Assembly (NCBI GenBank): GCA_038874435.1 | Contig: JAVZCK010000006.1 | Location: 37,332-101,331, forward strand | Source of the DNA: Thermoplasmata archaeon | Lineage (GTDB): Archaea > Thermoplasmatota > Thermoplasmata > Lutacidiplasmatales > SKW197 | Length of the DNA stretch: 64,000 nucleotides | Reading direction: 5' to 3' | Shown here: positions 13,846 through 23,313 of the stretch, piece after piece | How positions within the stretch are numbered: position 1 is the stretch's first letter | How the letters are laid out: every line of letters starts with the position of its first letter | Translations under genes and position numbers: made by a program | Notes under the pieces: model-generated | Seen by the model: only the letters and a program-made list of their open reading frames with translations | The model's database searches: none | What the model was told of the DNA's origin: nothing

Positions 13846-16556
13846 ACTTCCTCCTTGAGAGTTCGCATTAAATACTTCCGAGTTTCATCCACACAGATTA
13901 GAATGATTCCAAGCAAAAAGATAGTCAGCCAGTCAATTGTTCTGATAGGAATCGTTCGAAATGTTGAATTCATGAATGGTGCGTAGACCGCAAAAACCTG
14001 AAGTAGTATTGCAAGGACTATTGTTATCAACAACAGACGATTGTTCATTTTCAAACTGAACAGGGACTCTCGCAGATTCCTGCAGTTGAGTGCACTGTAC
14101 ATCTGGAATATGACAAATGCACTGAAGGTCATTGTCTGGGCATAGGCCTCTCTGGTAATTTGGCTGCCCATGTAGTCTGCAGGTGCAAAATTGTAGGAAT
14201 ACCAGAATACGAAAAGCGTTAAAAACGCCATTGCAAGCCCGTTCACGAGAATTGCGGATACCATCTCTTTTGAAAGAATGTGTTCTTTCGGGTTTCTGGG
14301 CTTGTGCTTCATAATCTTCTTTGTCGCAGGTTCCAGTCCTAGAGCTTGAGCAGGTGGACCATCAATCAGTATGTTAACCCATAGAATCTGGACTGGGTAA
14401 AGCGGAATCACACCAGGAACTGTGAAAATTGCAAGGAAAACGAGTGTCGTTGCCCCGATGTTCGTAGTTATCTGGTACCTAACAAACTTTCTAATATTTT
14501 CATAAACCTTTCTTCCTTCCTCAACTGCTTTCACAATTGTTGCAAAGTTGTCGTCGGCCAGCACAATTCCACTTGCATCTTTCGCTACATCTGTGCCAGT
14601 AATTCCCATAGAAATCCCTATGTCTGCATTTGCAAGGGCAGGTGCATCGTTCACGCCATCGCCAGTCATTGCCACTACATGACCTCGTTTCTTGAATGCA
14701 CGAACAATCTTCAACTTCATTTCTGGTTGCACACGGGCATAGACACTGACTTCTTCCACGATTTTAGCAAGTTCATCGTCGCTCATTTTCTCAAGTTCAC
14801 TGCCTGTAAGAATTTTTCCACTCCAGATTCCCAACTGTTTTGCAATTGCTATTGCAGTGTCTTTCTGGTCTCCTGTTATCATTACCACTTTAATTCCTGC
14901 TTCATGACATGTCTTGATTGCTTCCTTCACTTCTGGCCTCGGAGGGTCTATTATTCCTACAAGCCCTACGAATGTCATGTTGCTCTCCAGTTCTTCCACA
15001 TCATCTGGGATTTGCCCTACTTCCTTATAACCTAGAGCCAGAACCCTATAACCCATTGAGGCCATCCGTTTGTTTGCCTTTTCTATAGCTGCACGGAGTT
15101 CGGCAGAAAGTGGCAAAACTTTCCCATTATGCCAGATGTTTGTAGAAAGTGAAAGAATAACCTCTGGTGCACCCTTGATGTGAACCACTTTTTTACCATC
15201 TACTTCATTTATTGTACTCATTATCTTTTTCTTAGGGTCAAAAACCTTTTCATAAATCCGTTTGTATTTTGTATAGTATTGTTTCGGTACAAGCCCTATC
15301 TTACCAGCAAGTGCAAGAAGTGCCCCTTCTGTTGGGTCTCCTATTACCGTCCAAACATTTTTTTCTTCCATCAGGTTTGCATTGTTGCAGAGCACACCAA
15401 TTCTTGCCAACAACTGAAGGGTCTCCTTGTGCTCATTGTATCTCTCAACTTCTCCTTTTGGTTCATACCCTGTGCCACTTACCACCAGAAGCTCGCCATC
15501 CACAAAAACTTCCTTCACAGTCATCTGATTTTTTGTAAGGGTGCCTGTTTTGTCAGTACAAATTACTGATGTACAACCAAGGGTCTCTACACACATCAAG
15601 CGGCGCACAATTGCATTCCTCTTTGCCATCACCTGCATACCTATTGCCAGGGTAACGACAAGCACAATTGGAAGACCTTCTGGAATTATTGCTACAGCTA
15701 AGCTTATCGCAAGCAAAAAGTTCTGAGAAAGATGTGTTTGAGAGATTGCTGTTGCTGTGAAAAAGAGGAGTGCGGAAATTGCAATCGCAATGTAACCAAT
15801 CTGCTTGCCCAGTGTATCAATGCTCTTCTGTAGTGGGGTTTCTTCTCCTTCACTCTCCTGCACCAGCTTTGCAATTTTTCCAAGTTCTGTTGCCATTCCT
15901 GTATTAACCACTACTCCCTTTGCCCTGCCTCTCGCTAGGATTGTTCCCATATATACCAAATTCCTTCTATCCCATTTTTCAGCATCTTCAGAGCATGGCT
16001 GAGCATCCTTCTGGACTGTAACGCTTTCTCCAGTGAGCATTGACTCGTCAACTTCTACATTTGTGGTTTCTATGAGACGAAGGTCTGCAGGCACTTTGTC
16101 TCCTTCTTCCAGCACAACAATGTCCCCTACCACCACATTCTCCACAAGAATCTCCTGGCATCTACCATCTCTTATTACTTTGGTCTTAGGAGCAGTCATT
16201 CTTTTAAGGGCTTCCATGGCCTTCTCTGCTCTTGCTTCCATCATGTAGCCCATTACTGCATTTATCGTGATTGCAATAATAATAGCTGCAGTATCAGAAA
16301 GATGGTTTTCTTCTGTAAAAATTGTCAAAAGAACGGTAATGACTGCAGCAACTATGAGCATGATAATAGGTATGCTCTTAAACTGATTCAAAAATTTAAT
16401 AACTGGATGTTCCTTTTTTTTCTCAGCAAGCAGATTTTTGCCTTTTGACAATCGCCTGTTTGCTTCCTGAGATGTGAGGCCCTGATCCAGAGAAGTTTTT
16501 AACTCCTTCATTATCTCAATCGTGGTCATTGCATGCCATGAGCGTCGCGTTCCCAT
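13842..16556 (-). CDS. P-type cation-transporting ATPase, type IIA (SERCA/PMCA-like Ca2+ ATPase)
   Basis: 'ICTDKTGTLT' phosphorylation motif, 'MTGDGVNDAPAL' hinge, 'IPEGLP' in M4, 'TGES' actuator motif, 10 TM pattern. 904 aa. The probable true start is the 'MTTIEIMKEL' Met, 9 codons in. Confidence 0.9.
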   Translation of the reverse strand: MGTRRSWHAMTTIEIMKELKTSLDQGLTSQEANRRLSKGKNLLAEKKKEHPVIKFLNQFKSIPIIMLIVAAVITVLLTIFTEENHLSDTAAIIIAITINAVMGYMMEARAEKAMEALKRMTAPKTKVIRDGRCQEILVENVVVGDIVVLEEGDKVPADLRLIETTNVEVDESMLTGESVTVQKDAQPCSEDAEKWDRRNLVYMGTILARGRAKGVVVNTGMATELGKIAKLVQESEGEETPLQKSIDTLGKQIGYIAIAISALLFFTATAISQTHLSQNFLLAISLAVAIIPEGLPIVLVVTLAIGMQVMAKRNAIVRRLMCVETLGCTSVICTDKTGTLTKNQMTVKEVFVDGELLVVSGTGYEPKGEVERYNEHKETLQLLARIGVLCNNANLMEEKNVWTVIGDPTEGALLALAGKIGLVPKQYYTKYKRIYEKVFDPKKKIMSTINEVDGKKVVHIKGAPEVILSLSTNIWHNGKVLPLSAELRAAIEKANKRMASMGYRVLALGYKEVGQIPDDVEELESNMTFVGLVGIIDPPRPEVKEAIKTCHEAGIKVVMITGDQKDTAIAIAKQLGIWSGKILTGSELEKMSDDELAKIVEEVSVYARVQPEMKLKIVRAFKKRGHVVAMTGDGVNDAPALANADIGISMGITGTDVAKDASGIVLADDNFATIVKAVEEGRKVYENIRKFVRYQITTNIGATTLVFLAIFTVPGVIPLYPVQILWVNILIDGPPAQALGLEPATKKIMKHKPRNPKEHILSKEMVSAILVNGLAMAFLTLFVFWYSYNFAPADYMGSQITREAYAQTMTFSAFVIFQMYSALNCRNLRESLFSLKMNNRLLLITIVLAILLQVFAVYAPFMNSTFRTIPIRTIDWLTIFLLGIILICVDETRKYLMRTLKEEV

Positions 16557-16647
16557 GGTTGGGCAATATTTTTGGTGTATTTATTCCTTATCGGATACCT
16601 CGCTCATCCATCCTTTCCCGAAATGAAAGCAAAACTTTATATTTGAT

Positions 16648-17067
16648 TTGCGATTTCATGGTAACATGAAGTTCGTCAGAATTTCACAGGCGGAACTGGT
16701 GAAAATCAAGGAACTCTACGAAGGCGTGATGTCTCATGCCTGTCATGGACTTTTCTTCAGAGAAGGGGCAATATTTGGCGCAGAAATTGCAAATGAAGCC
16801 ATGAAGGACAAGGGAAACTACTTCAAAATAGTGGAGATGCTAATAAAGAACAGGGGCTGGGTGGATGAGATTTCCTTTAAGGAACACGAAGTAATAGTGA
16901 AGGGCTCAATTGAAGTCACACCATCTGAGATCCCAACATGTCATCGACTCAGAGGACTGATAAGACAGGTTTATGAGGTGTACTACAACACCAAAGTCCA
17001 TTGTGTGGAAGTTGAATGTGAAAGCACAGGGAAAGACAAATGTGTATTTAAGATAGAGGCAATATAG
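16648..17067 (+). CDS. V4R-domain-like small protein
   Basis: 'CHGLFFREGAIFGAEIANEAM' (C..F...GAI.GA) and C-terminal 'ECESTGKDKCVFKIEAI' (C...G...C.F.I) resemble the V4R (4-vinyl reductase) small-molecule-binding fold. Adjacent to a Roadblock protein, as in known archaeal clusters. Confidence 0.45.
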   Translation: MRFHGNMKFVRISQAELVKIKELYEGVMSHACHGLFFREGAIFGAEIANEAMKDKGNYFKIVEMLIKNRGWVDEISFKEHEVIVKGSIEVTPSEIPTCHRLRGLIRQVYEVYYNTKVHCVEVECESTGKDKCVFKIEAI

Positions 17068-17074
17068 GGGAGGA

Positions 17075-17434
17075 ATGAAAATGCCGGTGAATATGAATGA
17101 AGTGGTAAAAACTCTGAAAATAAGCACTGGAGCAATTGCAGTAGCGGTGGTGAGCAGAGATGGGCTTGTTATTGCTGCAGAGATGCCACCAGGAGTTTAT
17201 ACAGAGACATTTGCAATTATGTGCGCTACAATCCTAGGAGCAAGCATAACTGCCACGTCTGAGCTTAAACGTGCTACACCTGAAAGGATAGTGATAGAAA
17301 GTTCAGATACCAGAACTATAATTCTAGGTGCAGGGAAGAAAGCACTCTTAATCTGTGTTGTGGATTCCACAAAAGACCTGAATATGGTGCTTTCAGAAAT
17401 GCAGAAGGCAGCAGATGCAATAAAAGCACCTTAA
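17075..17434 (+). CDS. Roadblock/LC7 (MglB-like) domain protein
   Basis: 'TGAIAVAVVSRDGLVIAAEMP' is the classic Roadblock beta-strand motif, followed by a helix and 'RIVIESSDTRTIILGAGKKALLICVV'. RBS 'ggaggaATG'. Confidence 0.8.
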   Translation: MKMPVNMNEVVKTLKISTGAIAVAVVSRDGLVIAAEMPPGVYTETFAIMCATILGASITATSELKRATPERIVIESSDTRTIILGAGKKALLICVVDSTKDLNMVLSEMQKAADAIKAP

Positions 17435-17448
17435 ACTTTCTTCTTATC

Positions 17449-18879
17449 ATGCGTCCCTTAATTGAATTCCGTGTTCTTGACATCAACTCAGAATGTTTGG
17501 GAGTGAGTAGAGAGAAATTAATGGCTAATGCTGGTAGAGCTGTTGCAGATGTAATTCTGCAGCGATTTTATGCAAAAAAAATTCTTGTGGTTTGTGGTAC
17601 TGGAAACAATGGTGGCGATGGGTTTGCAATGGCTACAATACTCGGAAAGACCAACGATGTCACGGTCTGTCTCATGGAACGCCCTGAAAAGATAAAGTCA
17701 GAAATCGCGAAAAAACAGTTTAGGAATTGTAGAAAAACCTGCGATGTAGTCAGTTGGGAGAAAATTGATAGTTTGCTAGGGAAGACAGAGCTCATTGTAG
17801 ATGCAATCTTTGGTACTGGCTTAACTAGGATGCCTGAAGGAAAGTATGCAGAAGTTATCGAGAAAATCAATGCATCTGGAAAAAAGATTGTTTCTGTAGA
17901 TGTACCCAGTGGATTCCCACACATGTTGGCTGTGAAACCAACACTTACTGTCACTTTTCACGATGTGAAAGAGGGAATGACCGAAAAAAATTCTGGCGAG
18001 ATTGTTGTGATGCCTATTGGAATTCCTCCTGAAGCAGAAACTGAAACAAACTTTGGAGAGTTCATGCTCTATAAGGTGCCAGATAAAAATTCCCATAAAG
18101 GGGATAACGGTAGAGTGCTGGTCATCGGGGGAGGCCCTTACACCGGTGCTCCATACTTTGTGGCAATGGCTGCGTACAGAACTGGCGTTGACCTCGTCCA
18201 TATAGCAACCCAGGAGGAGGCATATCCAGTGCTCAGAAATTACTCGCCCTTCTTGATCGTGCATAGGATGCCAGAAGAGGCAGACAAAAGGATTGAGTTC
18301 CTGATAGACCTCCACAAAAAATTTGATGTCATTGTTGTAGGACCTGGACTCGGCAAGGAAAAGGAAATGCTTGGGACATGTAAGGAATTTATTTCCGCAT
18401 CTGAGAAACCAATGGTTGTGGATGCAGATGCAATTTCTATTCTCAGAGAAACAAAACCAAAATCTGAGATTCTAGTTACTCCCCATGCTGGCGAATTCTC
18501 AGAGTTAAGTGGCAGAAAAGTGCCAGAAGAGCTGGATTCTCGAAAAGAGATTGTGCAGAAAGCAGCAAAAGAACTTGGTTGCACGATTCTCTTGAAAGGA
18601 GCTGTGGATGTGATTTCAGATGGAGTACATGTGAAGATCAACAGAACAGGAAATCCCGGAATGACTGTAGGCGGCACTGGTGATGTTTTAGCTGGAATTT
18701 GTGCTGGTCTTATTGCAAAAGGTTGCACACCATACCAAGCTGCAAGGTTAGGTGCGTTCATCTCTGGGCTTGCTGGCGATGCTGCATTTGAAAAATATGG
18801 TTACTCACTTCTTCCCACTGATATGATTGAGCAACTGCCGGAAGTCATAAAAAAAGGTTTAAATAGAATAATAGAATAA
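17449..18879 (+). CDS. nnr: bifunctional NAD(P)H-hydrate epimerase / ADP-dependent (S)-NAD(P)H-hydrate dehydratase (YjeF_N + YjeF_C)
   Basis: YjeF_N 'ILVVCGTGNNGGDG'. C-terminal carbohydrate-kinase-like 'GRVLVIGGGPYTGAPYFVAMAAYRTGVDLV' and 'GGTGDVLAG'. Confidence 0.85.
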   Translation: MRPLIEFRVLDINSECLGVSREKLMANAGRAVADVILQRFYAKKILVVCGTGNNGGDGFAMATILGKTNDVTVCLMERPEKIKSEIAKKQFRNCRKTCDVVSWEKIDSLLGKTELIVDAIFGTGLTRMPEGKYAEVIEKINASGKKIVSVDVPSGFPHMLAVKPTLTVTFHDVKEGMTEKNSGEIVVMPIGIPPEAETETNFGEFMLYKVPDKNSHKGDNGRVLVIGGGPYTGAPYFVAMAAYRTGVDLVHIATQEEAYPVLRNYSPFLIVHRMPEEADKRIEFLIDLHKKFDVIVVGPGLGKEKEMLGTCKEFISASEKPMVVDADAISILRETKPKSEILVTPHAGEFSELSGRKVPEELDSRKEIVQKAAKELGCTILLKGAVDVISDGVHVKINRTGNPGMTVGGTGDVLAGICAGLIAKGCTPYQAARLGAFISGLAGDAAFEKYGYSLLPTDMIEQLPEVIKKGLNRIIE

Positions 18880-18896
18880 TAATTTTTGGTGGTGAG

Positions 18897-20573
18897 ATGG
18901 GCCTAAGGACAAGAATGGCACTCGCACTCGCCCTTCTGTTTGGACTTGTATTTGCAATAGGGATGGGTTTCATTGCAGTTCTAGAATACTTCGGATTTAT
19001 ACAAGGTATCTGGCTCCTGATTATTCCCTTGACATTCGCAATTTTTATGGTGTTTCTGCAGTGGGCTATCTCTCCTTTCATTCTTTCCTGGATTTACAAA
19101 ATTGAGTGGACATCTCTGGAGGCACTTCCTCCTGCAATCGGAACCTACATCACAGATGTGTGCACACGCAAAAGAATTAATGTCCCCAAGATAGGCATAA
19201 TAGACGACCTGAATCCAAATGCATTTACTTTCGGTTGGACAAAGAACCATGCTAGAATTGCAATTACAAGAGGTGTTTTGGAATACTGCGACATTGAAGA
19301 AACCAAAGCAGTTCTAGCCCATGAAATGGGCCACATTGTTCACGATGATTTTGTGGTGATGACAATTGTCTCTGCAATTCCACTGATTTTCTATATAATC
19401 GCAAGAGCTTCAATCCAAGCATTGAGGTATGTGCCAAAGGGTAAAAAAAGTGGAGGCCAGGCAGCCATTGTGTTTCTCATTACTGCAGCATTTTCCTATC
19501 TGATATACATTCTTTCGCAGTTTATTGCTCTCCTGATAAGCAGGTACAGAGAGTACTACGCAGATGAGTTCGCTGCTGAAAGCACCAGGAAACCAAATGC
19601 TCTTGCCTCAGCCCTTCTGAAGATTGCCTATGGGATGGCGACCCAGGGACTGGGTGAAGCATCAGAAAAAGGCCATCGAAAACATGTTTCCACACTTGGC
19701 ATCTTCAATGCTGACAGTGCAAGGGCACTCGCTGCAATGAGTGCAGATGCCTACGGGAATTACTCAACAGAAACAATCCAGAAGGCAATGGCATGGGACC
19801 TCTGGAATCCCTGGGCATGGTGGCTCGAACTCCATTCCACACATCCACTGCCAGCAAAACGACTTAAAAAACTTGGAGAGATGGCTGAAAAAATGGGTCA
19901 GAAACCTCTTGTGAGTTTTAAACTCAAGAAGCCAGAGTGTTACTGGGATGATTTCCTGAAGGACATTTTTGCAAAGTATGGTGGAGTGATTCTAGGAATT
20001 GTTTGTGGAGTGCTGTTGATGTGGTATGGCTGGAGCCATGGCTTCACCACTCAGAAACTTGCCTGGACTTTTCTGTTTGGATGTGCCTTTTTCATGTTTA
20101 TGGTGGGTCTATGGGGAGTCGGGTACCTTCTTGGCTATGCCTATCCGTTCAGATTCAAGGAGAGTGAAGTGGTGTCATTGCTTGAAAATCCGAAGGCATC
20201 ACCGATAAAGGGGATTCCAGTAAGATTGCAAGGAAGGATTATTGGGCGTGGAATACCTGGTTTGTTCTATTCCGAGGACATGAAACTTGACGATGACACA
20301 GGGTTGCTGTTGATTGACTATCATCAGATTTCAAAACTGATAGATTTCTTCGTAGGAATCTTTGGCACAGAACGACATGTGGGCAAGACGGTGGTGGTTG
20401 AGGGCTGGTATCGGCGGAGTATAATCCCTTATCTTGAGCTTTACAAAATGTATTTTGCAGATGGTGGAGACACTAGAAAGGTTTATACCTCCTACTTCTA
20501 TATAGGGGGTGCAGCGGCGGTGATGGGACTGGGACTGCTGTTCTCAGTCCTGTTGCTACCACTGGTGCTGTAA
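18897..20573 (+). CDS. M48-family (HtpX-like) membrane zinc metalloprotease with long C-terminal extension
   Basis: TM helices flanking 'LAHEMGHIVHDD' (HExxH) and a downstream 'EYYADEFAAE' Glu ligand region. About 250-aa C-terminal membrane/soluble extension. Confidence 0.75.
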   Translation: MGLRTRMALALALLFGLVFAIGMGFIAVLEYFGFIQGIWLLIIPLTFAIFMVFLQWAISPFILSWIYKIEWTSLEALPPAIGTYITDVCTRKRINVPKIGIIDDLNPNAFTFGWTKNHARIAITRGVLEYCDIEETKAVLAHEMGHIVHDDFVVMTIVSAIPLIFYIIARASIQALRYVPKGKKSGGQAAIVFLITAAFSYLIYILSQFIALLISRYREYYADEFAAESTRKPNALASALLKIAYGMATQGLGEASEKGHRKHVSTLGIFNADSARALAAMSADAYGNYSTETIQKAMAWDLWNPWAWWLELHSTHPLPAKRLKKLGEMAEKMGQKPLVSFKLKKPECYWDDFLKDIFAKYGGVILGIVCGVLLMWYGWSHGFTTQKLAWTFLFGCAFFMFMVGLWGVGYLLGYAYPFRFKESEVVSLLENPKASPIKGIPVRLQGRIIGRGIPGLFYSEDMKLDDDTGLLLIDYHQISKLIDFFVGIFGTERHVGKTVVVEGWYRRSIIPYLELYKMYFADGGDTRKVYTSYFYIGGAAAVMGLGLLFSVLLLPLVL

Positions 20574-20650
20574 TGGTGGAGAAAGGAAAATAACAAATAC
20601 CGAAATGCTATACAGAAAGTGCTGAAGAGTAGAGGTAGGTCTAAAAGGAT

Positions 20651-21820
20651 GTGGAAAAGTTGATGCTGACATGGTATGCGATACCCCCAGTAATTGCCAT
20701 ATCAATATTTGCAGCCCTGCTTGTGTGCTTTGCTAGATTAAGGACTAGCATTCACTATTCCGCATTTCTTTATGCATTTTTGTTCTTTCTGTGGAGTTTA
20801 GGAGAACTTATTGAAAGGTCAGCGGGTCCGCCTCCCAACGACATGGAAATTGCACTTCTTGGATTGAAAATTATTGCGATTGCAGGTGCATTTTTACCTG
20901 CTACCCTTGTGCATTTTGCATCTGAGTTCCCAGTTCATCAGGACAATGTTCCCAGGGCCGGGATCGGCCTGCTTTATGTGGTGAGTGCTATTACTGCTTT
21001 CCTCTCAGCAGGCACGAATTTTCTTGTTGAAGGTTTGATTGTTTATGAGCCGGGTTGGGGTGCTGACTTCGGAGTGGGAATGTATGTATGGGGAACTTAT
21101 ACCATTTTAGGGACTATAATTGCGATATGGCTGCTAGAAAAAAGTTCTTTTAAATTACAGTCAAGTGCCGGGAGAAGCCAAGCAAGAATTATAGGAATTG
21201 CCCTTGCGATTTCACTCTGTTGTGCTACACTTACTGGCTATGTACCTCCACTTCTTGGTACCGAAGACATATATCCTCTTACTACAATCCCGTTTGCAAT
21301 TACTGGCGTACTGATGCTCCACACATTTCTGAAATATCATCAACTTATTCGGTTCTCTGTAAAACTTCCCAGGTCTAAAAAATTGGAAACAGGTTACTTT
21401 TGGTGCACTGACGGGGATTATGCTAGGAAATATTTTTTTGGGATTGCTCAGGCACTGGGAAGTGCACTTTTCGTTACCACGGACCCAAACATTCCCGAGG
21501 AAATCCACAAATCGGCAAGGGTAATTCTGCTGGCAAAGGATGGGGATTTGAACCCGTTGGACGAGGACAAAATGCGGATGTTCACTTTTCTCATTGAAAA
21601 ATTTGTTTCGCAGGAAGAAAGGGCAGTTGTACTTCTCGAAGGATTTGATGATTTGCTGGCACATTATTTCTACTCCACAATTTCTGTACCTGATATGCTT
21701 GAGGAAATCAGGAAATGTGCGGCAAGATACAATGCTAAGATAATCTGTGTAATAAACCCAGATATTCTTGAGGACTGGCAAATAGAGGAGATAAAGAAAG
21801 GAGGGAAGCCATTAAAGTAG
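20651..21820 (+). CDS. polytopic membrane protein (about 7 TM) with cytoplasmic DUF835-like C-terminal domain
   Basis: The N-terminal 230 aa are hydrophobic helices. The C-terminal domain 'AVVLLEGFDDLLAHYFYSTISVPDMLEEIRKCAARYNAKIICVINPDILEDWQIEEIKK' is similar in pattern to the middle domain of the Ubl-carrier protein at 11087-12154. GTG start at 20651; the alternative ATG is at 20663. Confidence 0.55.
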   Translation: MEKLMLTWYAIPPVIAISIFAALLVCFARLRTSIHYSAFLYAFLFFLWSLGELIERSAGPPPNDMEIALLGLKIIAIAGAFLPATLVHFASEFPVHQDNVPRAGIGLLYVVSAITAFLSAGTNFLVEGLIVYEPGWGADFGVGMYVWGTYTILGTIIAIWLLEKSSFKLQSSAGRSQARIIGIALAISLCCATLTGYVPPLLGTEDIYPLTTIPFAITGVLMLHTFLKYHQLIRFSVKLPRSKKLETGYFWCTDGDYARKYFFGIAQALGSALFVTTDPNIPEEIHKSARVILLAKDGDLNPLDEDKMRMFTFLIEKFVSQEERAVVLLEGFDDLLAHYFYSTISVPDMLEEIRKCAARYNAKIICVINPDILEDWQIEEIKKGGKPLK

Positions 21821-21857
21821 CGGAATTCTTTAATCTACCATATGGTTAAGGTGTTCA

Positions 21858-23225
21858 ATGCAACCAAACAAAAGGATATTGCTTCTCACCACCACGCTTT
21901 CCTCCTTTCTCACGCCGTTTATGGCAAGTTCAATAAATTTAGCACTTCCGTCCATTGGCAAGGATTTTGCTGCAGATGCAATAACCCTAACCTGGATTCC
22001 CACAATTTATTTGCTTGCAGCAGCTGTGTTTCTACTTCCATTAGGAAAGCTTGCAGACATACATGGGAGAAGAAAGTTTTTCATTGCTGGCATCCTCATA
22101 TTTACATTCGGCTCTTTTCTATGTGCTGTGGCAAACACGACTAGCATGCTCCTCCTCTTCAGAGTTATTCAGGGCTTCGGCGGTGCAATGATTTTCGGCA
22201 CTGGTGTTGCCCTTCTCTCCTCTGTTTTCCCACTTGAGGAGAGGGGCAAAGTGCTCGGGATTAACACTGGCTCAGTTTATCTAGGTGCATCGCTTGGGCC
22301 AGTACTTGGGGGTGTGCTTACCCAGCATTTCACATGGCGGAGCATCTTCTTCTTCAATGTTGTGCTTGGCATCATTGTTGCAGTGCTTGCAATAATTTAT
22401 CTCAAATTTGAGTTGAACCCAGCAAAAGGGGAAAAATTTGATATTGCTGGCTCTTTTATTTATGGCATTGCTCTCGTGTTTCTCCTAGTCGGACTTTCCG
22501 AGCTCTCCGATGGAAATGGCATTTACTTTCTCGTTCTAGGGATTTTCGGAATTGGAGCGTTTGCTAGCTTTGAGCTGCGGAGTGCACACCCATTAATCAA
22601 CCTCAGGATTTTCAGAAAGAACACTGTATTCTCATACTCCAGTTTGGCAACATTCATAAATTATGCAGCCACTGCAGGTGTTGGTTTCCTGATGAGTTTA
22701 TACCTTCAGTATGCAAAAGGACTTTCGCCTCAGAGTGCTGGCTTTATCATTCTTTCCCAGGCCCTTGTGATGACTGCAGTCGCTCCCGTTGCTGGCAGGT
22801 TGTCTGACAGAATTGAGCCACGAATCATTTCTTCTGCAGGCATGGGCTGCACATTCCTTGCTCTGATTTCGCTTGCAATGGTTGATGTCTCCACATCGCT
22901 CTTTCTTGTGGTGCCAGTGCTTGCTCTTTTTGGAGTTGGTCTCGGGCTTTTCTCCTCGCCAAACGCAAATGCAATAATGAGCTCCGTAGAAAGAAAGCAA
23001 TATGGTCTTGCCTCCGCTACAATTGCAACAATGCGAATTGTCGGGCAGATGACGAGCTTAGCAATCACGATGCTCTGTGTGGCTATTTTCATTGGTAAGG
23101 TGGAAATTACCGCGGCTCAGATACCAAACCTCATCACAACCATGAAAACAGTGTTGATAATTTTTGCTGGACTCTGCTTCTTTGGAATTTTTGCCTCACT
23201 GAGAAGAGGGAACTTGAGGGGGTGA
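21858..23225 (+). CDS. MFS transporter (DHA2/EmrB-like drug:H+ antiporter family)
   Basis: Multiple TM helices. MFS motif A-like 'LPLGKLADIHGRRKFFIAGI'. Internal repeat of the 6-TM unit. About 455 aa. Confidence 0.8.
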   Translation: MQPNKRILLLTTTLSSFLTPFMASSINLALPSIGKDFAADAITLTWIPTIYLLAAAVFLLPLGKLADIHGRRKFFIAGILIFTFGSFLCAVANTTSMLLLFRVIQGFGGAMIFGTGVALLSSVFPLEERGKVLGINTGSVYLGASLGPVLGGVLTQHFTWRSIFFFNVVLGIIVAVLAIIYLKFELNPAKGEKFDIAGSFIYGIALVFLLVGLSELSDGNGIYFLVLGIFGIGAFASFELRSAHPLINLRIFRKNTVFSYSSLATFINYAATAGVGFLMSLYLQYAKGLSPQSAGFIILSQALVMTAVAPVAGRLSDRIEPRIISSAGMGCTFLALISLAMVDVSTSLFLVVPVLALFGVGLGLFSSPNANAIMSSVERKQYGLASATIATMRIVGQMTSLAITMLCVAIFIGKVEITAAQIPNLITTMKTVLIIFAGLCFFGIFASLRRGNLRG

Positions 23226-23313
23226 TTTCAAGAGTCATACACAGCCAGTTCAAGCCAGATATCAGCGAAACATTTATATATGTGTATGACTATATATTAT
23301 AATTGTCTGACAG

